Shown: piece by piece, positions 14,922 to 21,065 of the stretch
Position numbering within the stretch: the first letter of the stretch is position 1
How the letters are laid out: every line of letters begins with the position of its first letter
Origin: Candidatus Thorarchaeota archaeon
GTDB lineage: Archaea; Asgardarchaeota; Thorarchaeia; Thorarchaeales; Thorarchaeaceae
Direction of reading: 5' to 3'
Length of the DNA: 21,065 nt
Assembly: GCA_003345555.1 (NCBI GenBank)
Contig: PRDJ01000002.1
Coordinates: 1-21,065 of the forward strand
The notes under the pieces: model-generated
What the model was told of the DNA's origin: nothing
Databases searched by the model: none
The model's input: only the letters and a program-made list of their open reading frames with translations
Translations under genes and position numbers: made by a program

Positions 14922-16094
14922 ATGCAAGTGACTGTGAAGAAAAGAGTCGCCATCGTAGGTGTAGGGATTAGCAAGTTCGGCGAACTGTGGGACAAGAGCC
15001 TCAGAGACATTACTCTAGAGGCTGGAATGTATGCGATATTTGATTCCGGGGTGGCAGGAAAGGATATTGAAGCAATCTGCATAGGCAACATGAGTGCAGG
15101 CCGTTTCACAGGTCAAGAGCACTTGGGCGCCTTGGCAGCAGATATGGGCGGCTTGGGTCATATCCCGGCCTACAGTGTCGAAGCAGCATGCGCCAGCGGA
15201 GGGGCCGCTGTACGCCAAGCCTACATGGCAATTAGGTCCGGCGAGCACGACGTTATGCTGGTCCTTGGCTGTGAGAAGATGAGCGACGTGAATCAATCAG
15301 AGGCCATGAGAACGATGGGTGTAGCCAGCGATTGGGAATGGGAGGGAATATTCGGAGCTACCTTTCCGGCGCTCTATGCATTCATAGCGCGAAGACACAT
15401 GCACGAATATGGGACGACAGAGACTCATCTCGCGCAAGTGACCGTCAAGAATCACAAGAACGCAGAACACAATCCGTGGGCTCAGTTCCAGAAAGCAGTG
15501 CCTCTCGACGTTGTCATGAAATCGGGATTGATCGCAGACCCCATCAGAATACTTCATTCTTCACCTATTAGCGACGGCGCCGCGGGTCTTCTCATGTGCA
15601 GCGAGGAAAAGGCCAAGCAATTCACCGATACCCCCATCTACATCGAGGCTTCAACCCAGTCCAGCGATACCTTGGCCCTGCATGACAGACGGGATATATG
15701 CACAATGGATGCAGCAGTCGTCTCAAGCAGGGAAGCTTTGAGAAAAGCGGGACTAACGATTGACAACATAGACGTATTCGAACTGCATGATAGCTTCACC
15801 ATAGGAGAGATAGTGCTTACCGAAGATGTGGGTATCACTCAGAAGGGCAATGGCGGCAAGCTGCTCGATGAAGGTTTGACAGAGATTGGCGCAAAGTATC
15901 CTGTCAACCCGTCGGGAGGCCTCAAAGCTCGGGGACATCCCATTGGAGCAACTGGAGTCGCCCAAATCGTAGAACTCGTATTTCAGTTGAGAGGAGATGC
16001 AGAGAAACGCCAAGTGAGTGGCGCTGAGAAAGCAATGGCAGTGAATATCGGAGGAACTGGCGCTACCTCAATAGTACACATTCTTGGTAGGTGA
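14922..16094 (+). CDS. Acetoacetyl-CoA thiolase, archaeal (partner of HMG-CoA synthase)
   Basis: VAIVGVGISKFGE, EAACASGG (catalytic Cys), SPISDGAA, ELHDSF and GLKARGHPIGATG. GTG 14928 is an alternative start. Confidence 0.93.
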   Translation: MQVTVKKRVAIVGVGISKFGELWDKSLRDITLEAGMYAIFDSGVAGKDIEAICIGNMSAGRFTGQEHLGALAADMGGLGHIPAYSVEAACASGGAAVRQAYMAIRSGEHDVMLVLGCEKMSDVNQSEAMRTMGVASDWEWEGIFGATFPALYAFIARRHMHEYGTTETHLAQVTVKNHKNAEHNPWAQFQKAVPLDVVMKSGLIADPIRILHSSPISDGAAGLLMCSEEKAKQFTDTPIYIEASTQSSDTLALHDRRDICTMDAAVVSSREALRKAGLTIDNIDVFELHDSFTIGEIVLTEDVGITQKGNGGKLLDEGLTEIGAKYPVNPSGGLKARGHPIGATGVAQIVELVFQLRGDAEKRQVSGAEKAMAVNIGGTGATSIVHILGR

Positions 16095-16100
16095 TGCTGG

Positions 16101-16529
16101 ATGGCCGAACATGGTGTAGCTCAAATCTGGCGCAAGATACCGTCCATGTACAACGTAATAGGAAACCACTGCACGACGTGCGACACATTCTACTTCCCTC
16201 CCCGACCTGTTTGCCCAAAGTGCAGAAGAAAAGGTCACTTAGAGGACCACAAATTCAAGGGACTCGGAATTGTCCATACCTTCTCAATAGTGCGGCAAGC
16301 GCCCGACGATTTCAAGACTCAAGCGCCGTACGTCGTTGCTCAAGTGCAGCTCGATGAAGGTCCTAGGCTGACGACACAGATTGTGAATTGCGAAGTCACA
16401 GACGTTTACATAGGCATGAGAGTCCGAGTCTGCTTTAGGAAGATTACAGAGTTTGGTCATGCAGGTTTGATTCTCTACGGCTTCAAGTTCGAACCGACCA
16501 TGAAGGTCACAGGGCACCCTGACAGGTGA
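16101..16529 (+). CDS. DUF35 Zn-ribbon/OB-fold protein, scaffold of the thiolase/HMG-CoA synthase complex
   Basis: CTTC...FPPRPVCPKC Zn ribbon, then an OB fold (PYVVAQVQLDEGPRLTTQIV...IGMRV...FRKI, YGFKF). SD GGTGA overlaps the thiolase stop. Confidence 0.92.
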   Translation: MAEHGVAQIWRKIPSMYNVIGNHCTTCDTFYFPPRPVCPKCRRKGHLEDHKFKGLGIVHTFSIVRQAPDDFKTQAPYVVAQVQLDEGPRLTTQIVNCEVTDVYIGMRVRVCFRKITEFGHAGLILYGFKFEPTMKVTGHPDR

Positions 16530-16587
16530 CACTACCGAGTTCGTTCAGACTTGCATATTTCCTAGGAATTCCGAGGCTTAACGACTG

Positions 16588-17304
16588 CTAACATATGCAC
16601 CTGACAGTTGGTCTCCAAAGATTCAGCTCTGTCACCTTGCCGACGGCAGGCAGTGCAACGTTCATGACAACAGTGTCCCCGATTCGAGCCTGATGCATGA
16701 TTGCATTATGTACGTGACCATGTATCACCAAATCGGGCTGCTCAGATAGAATGAGATTGTAGAATTTCCTGCTGCCCATCCAAGCGAACAATCGCGAATC
16801 TTCGCCTTCACACGTCTCAAGGCAAGGGCTGTAGTGCATAAGCAAGACTCGCTTGTCAACCCTGTGCCTCATTCTCTTCAGAAGCGATTTAGCTCGATGA
16901 GCCCTCCTTTCGAAGGCTCCTTTTATGCTGGGCAAGTGCTCCTTCTGCCAGTTCGTTGGCTTGTCGAGCGACCCCTGCGTGCCGACTATTCCAACCTTGA
17001 GATCCCCCACCTGAACCTCGGTAGAGGCCTCGTCCAAGAAGAGCACCTCATCGCTGACAATTGAGGATATCTCCTTCCTGACCTCCGCATACTCCTCATT
17101 GCCGTAACAGGCCACAACAGGAAAATCAGATCCTAGCCTTGCGTGAACTGCATCGATTAATGCCCGGAACTCGTATGCTTTCCCCCTGTTGACCATGTCC
17201 CCGGCCAGAAGAAAGAGGTCAGGACGCTCTAAGTGGTCCAATCCGCCCAGGAATGGCTCCAAGAAGCGGGGACTATGAACATCGCCTACCGCAAGCACTC
17301 TCAT
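16588..17304 (-). CDS. Calcineurin-like metallophosphoesterase
   Basis: GDVH, AGDMV, GNEE (variant of GNHD/E), MHYSP and HGHVH. Confidence 0.9.
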   Translation of the reverse strand: MRVLAVGDVHSPRFLEPFLGGLDHLERPDLFLLAGDMVNRGKAYEFRALIDAVHARLGSDFPVVACYGNEEYAEVRKEISSIVSDEVLFLDEASTEVQVGDLKVGIVGTQGSLDKPTNWQKEHLPSIKGAFERRAHRAKSLLKRMRHRVDKRVLLMHYSPCLETCEGEDSRLFAWMGSRKFYNLILSEQPDLVIHGHVHNAIMHQARIGDTVVMNVALPAVGKVTELNLWRPTVRCIC

Positions 17305-17335
17305 GAGCGCGTCACTTCCCAGTACAGGTACGCCT

Positions 17336-17366
17336 CTATATATAGGACAAAGAGTCTAAAGAGTCT
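17336..17366. promoter_or_regulatory. Palindromic bidirectional TATA box plus a tandem 9-bp direct repeat
   Basis: CTATATATAG (17336-17345) is self-complementary and sits between divergent genes. AAAGAGTCT occurs twice in tandem at 17349-17357 and 17358-17366. Confidence 0.65.
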
Positions 17367-17407
17367 TCTGAGTATGGAGGTATCGACTTTACGGCGTGGG
17401 CTTGGCT

Positions 17408-18397
17408 ATGGCTGGAACATGGGCTCTGAATCTGTTTGATAGGTTTCACCGAGGCCATGAATTTCTGATTGAACGATTACGTAAGATGCCGAAACCTGTT
17501 GCCGCAGTGACCAACGGAGAGCTGGTTGCAAATGATCTAGAGCTGGCGGCAATAATCCAGCCTGTCAAGATGAGAGTGAAGAAACTCGAGCTATATCTGG
17601 CAGACAGAGAACTAAGTCGTTCAATCCAAGTGCAAGTCGTCGGTAGCTATGCTGAGCTACTGAAGATACCCGGTTCGACAGTATTCATGATGTTTGAAGG
17701 ACCATGTTGCGACGAAACCCAGTCGAAAGCACTGAGTCTAAGAAAAGACCAGCTCGGTCTCAACGACCGGATGGAGTTTCTGAAACCATTCCTTGCCAAA
17801 GACGGAGGGAAGCTTTCGTCAGCGAGAATAAGGCGAGGCGAGATTGACAGGGAGGGGCATCGGCTGATGGGGACGAAGGAGCCCCCAAGACGACTGGAGT
17901 TCTCGACAAGGTCCGGGTTGAAGATACCGAAGGGGGATGTATACGACGCAAATGAGGTATGCCCTGAGAAGGAAGTGGTCCAGAGGATTAAGAAGGAACA
18001 TCCGATCAAAGTCATATCGGTCGGAGATGTAACAACCGCATCCATCATTTCTCAGAATTATACGCCGGACGTATGCGTGGTAGATGGAACCACCAAGAGA
18101 GGCCGATTCCAAGGTTCATTCACGAGTGAGAAAGAATATGTGATCTATAACCCCTCAGCTGTAGTACTGCCTGAGGCATGGTCTGTGATAGACACTGCCC
18201 TTCATGATTCCGCAAAGTCATTGATCATGGTAGAGGGCGAGGAAGACCTCCTCGGTTTTCCAGCGATGCTCTTGGCACCTATTGGTTCGGTATTGCTCTA
18301 TGGCCAACCTGACGTGGGGATTGTTTGGTCGCCAGTTGATGATGACAACAGAGCTCGTGCCAAGTCATATTTGGAGGATATGCCCGCTATCACCTAG
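17408..18397 (+). CDS. coaD: Fused phosphopantetheine adenylyltransferase (divergent) and GTP-dependent dephospho-CoA kinase (DUF359)
   Basis: FDRFHRGH (HxGH) and DGGKLSSARIRRGEIDREG in the N-terminal domain. VGDVTT, VVDGTTKR, GEEDLL and LYGQPDVG in the C-terminal domain. ATG 17408 is preferred; GTG 17396 is possible. Confidence 0.85.
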   Translation: MAGTWALNLFDRFHRGHEFLIERLRKMPKPVAAVTNGELVANDLELAAIIQPVKMRVKKLELYLADRELSRSIQVQVVGSYAELLKIPGSTVFMMFEGPCCDETQSKALSLRKDQLGLNDRMEFLKPFLAKDGGKLSSARIRRGEIDREGHRLMGTKEPPRRLEFSTRSGLKIPKGDVYDANEVCPEKEVVQRIKKEHPIKVISVGDVTTASIISQNYTPDVCVVDGTTKRGRFQGSFTSEKEYVIYNPSAVVLPEAWSVIDTALHDSAKSLIMVEGEEDLLGFPAMLLAPIGSVLLYGQPDVGIVWSPVDDDNRARAKSYLEDMPAIT

Positions 18398-19913
18398 ATG
18401 TGGGCTTCATCACTTCAGGGATCTTGGCTATGCAGTCAGTTGCCTCGATGTGATCCCCTAGCTCCTGAAATGCCTTCTCTCCCGCTAGTCCTGAAATGAA
18501 GGCGGCAGCAGATGCAGCCTTAAAGGATCCGTGGCGCCTTGACAGTAACGTTGCGGCTATCCCAGTTAGCACATCACCGGTGCCCCCGACAGTCATTGCA
18601 GGTACTCCGGTGTAGTTCAGCTTGTAGTGGCCATCAGGGTGGGCAATGACATCAACATGACCCTTGAGAAGGACCGTAGTATTAAACTTCGAAGCGGCTT
18701 CGACTGCTCTTTCGATTCTGTTGTTCACCACATCAGGGTCACCGAGGTCTCTTGCCAAGAGTGTCGCGAGTTCACCCCAATGGGGGGTCACGATGGATGA
18801 GTCTGGATCGAGACTAATGCCTGACGATGAGAGAGCCTTCAAAGCATCAGCATCAATGACCATCATCTTGCCATCTGACATGAGAGCTTGAACAATGGAA
18901 TTTGATGCCTTTATGGTCTGGGGGGCTTGTCCGAGGCCGGGCCCGATTGCGACGGCATCGCATTGCTGAGCAACTTCCCTGACGGAATCCAGAGACTCAG
19001 GGACCAAGATGGTGTTGTTCAGACTGTGAACAATGAGATTGGGACTGTAGCTCCGGGTAGTAGCAACAATCGGGTCAGGAACAACCATAGACACAAGGTC
19101 TGCGCCTGTTCTGAGTGCAGCCATAGCTGTCAGAGCAGGTGCCCCTGAAAAAACATCACTCCCTCCAATCACGAGTATTCTGCCAAAGTCCCCTTTGTGT
19201 GCCGTGGGTTTTCTCGGTCGCGTGTAGAGCCAAAGATCTCCGCCTCCACATACCAACCCTGCATCCTTTGGAATGCCAATGTCGACTACATGAACCCGTC
19301 CCACATACTCGGAGGATTTGAAGAGAGCGGGTTTCGGGGCATGTAGCGTGATAGTGTGAGTTGCCCTTACGGTAACGCCATAGACCTGACCTGTGTCGGA
19401 GTCCATTCCGGTAGGAATGTCTATCGAGTACTTTGTTGCCTTCGAGCTGTTGAAGGTCTTTATCGCAGTTAACATTGGCTCGCGCACTGCATTCGTTTGA
19501 CCAATGCCGAGCATAGCATCAACAAGCAACTCCGCTTTGGAGATCGCTTTGCAGGATTTCACATCGGACTCTGTTCTCAAGATTGACTTGCTGATTCCCC
19601 TGATGTTCTTCAGTATCTTCCAGTTGGTGAATGTATGTGGGTTTGAGATGCTTCCCTCGTCACCCATTAAAAGAACATCCACACTTGCTCCGGCGGCGTA
19701 TAGGTATCTTGAGGCAACCATTCCGTCACCACCATTGCCGCCGACACCGCATAGGACTGCAACCCGCTTCCCCTCAAGCGGCTCAATGGATTCCATTAGC
19801 CTGACTACTTCACGACCCGCATTCTCCATCAGCATTCCAAGCGTGATACCAAGATACTCAGCATTGAGCTCGAGAATCCGCATGTCGTTTGTGCTGATTG
19901 ATGCTTGCTGCAT
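18390..19913 (-). CDS. nnr: Bifunctional NAD(P)H-hydrate epimerase/dehydratase
   Basis: YjeF_N domain (GVGGNGGDG, DAMLGIG, DIPTG) plus YjeF_C domain (HKGDFGRILVIGGS..FSGAP, GPGLG, DADAL, TPHWGE, GGTGDVLTG). Confidence 0.95.
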   Translation of the reverse strand: MQQASISTNDMRILELNAEYLGITLGMLMENAGREVVRLMESIEPLEGKRVAVLCGVGGNGGDGMVASRYLYAAGASVDVLLMGDEGSISNPHTFTNWKILKNIRGISKSILRTESDVKSCKAISKAELLVDAMLGIGQTNAVREPMLTAIKTFNSSKATKYSIDIPTGMDSDTGQVYGVTVRATHTITLHAPKPALFKSSEYVGRVHVVDIGIPKDAGLVCGGGDLWLYTRPRKPTAHKGDFGRILVIGGSDVFSGAPALTAMAALRTGADLVSMVVPDPIVATTRSYSPNLIVHSLNNTILVPESLDSVREVAQQCDAVAIGPGLGQAPQTIKASNSIVQALMSDGKMMVIDADALKALSSSGISLDPDSSIVTPHWGELATLLARDLGDPDVVNNRIERAVEAASKFNTTVLLKGHVDVIAHPDGHYKLNYTGVPAMTVGGTGDVLTGIAATLLSRRHGSFKAASAAAFISGLAGEKAFQELGDHIEATDCIAKIPEVMKPTSR

Positions 19914-20098
19914 TCAGTGACACCAGCTCTGTCCATTGCCGGGTCTCAGGACTCAGTAATGAATTCTTTGGGTTAGAGGATTACGAAAGAATGGAAGAGT
20001 AGACGTCAACGAAAGGCCTAACAACCATGATCGTGGGTGCCCTAGGCCAGTTCTAAAGAGCCTGTCTCATCACCAGACACGGGCGTGTATACCCGGGA

Positions 20099-21064
<966 letters not shown>

Positions 21065-21065
21065 T

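Noticed and set aside
17374-17439. Strong GGAGGT at 17376-17381 and a 21-codon overlapping upstream ORF
   Set aside because: No start codon lies at a usable distance downstream of the GGAGGT, and the ORF's ATG overlaps it; no function can be supported.

Overview
Archaeal chromosomal housekeeping and metabolic region. The thermosome, the HMG-CoA synthase/thiolase/DUF35 trio, the DUF359-type dephospho-CoA kinase, TATA boxes and GGAGG/GGTG ribosome-binding sites all point to archaea. The gene style suggests an Asgard, Thorarchaeia-like genome, which is inference only. Left to right: a 5'-truncated Mod-like DNA methyltransferase; a minus-strand fumC-sdhA-sdhB operon with no membrane-anchor genes; a ~4-TM hypothetical protein; a 58-aa two-TM microprotein absent from the ORF track; a thermosome subunit; a COG4028-like P-loop NTPase; thioredoxin reductase; an exported, membrane-anchored prenyltransferase-fold protein; a candidate C/D-box RNA; an AbrB+ACT regulator; an asparagine-synthetase homologue with a dead glutaminase domain, overlapping a convergent SAMP2-like ubiquitin-fold gene; the mevalonate-entry trio; a metallophosphoesterase and a fused CoaD/dephospho-CoA kinase sharing one palindromic TATA box; nnr; and the 3' part of a GltD/NfnB flavoprotein. 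No tRNA, rRNA, CRISPR array or mobile element was found. The best leads are the AbrB-ACT / Cys-less AsnB / ubiquitin-like locus, the exported Zn-less prenyltransferase barrel, the divergent CoA-synthase fusion, the anchor-less SdhAB and the unannotated small elements.
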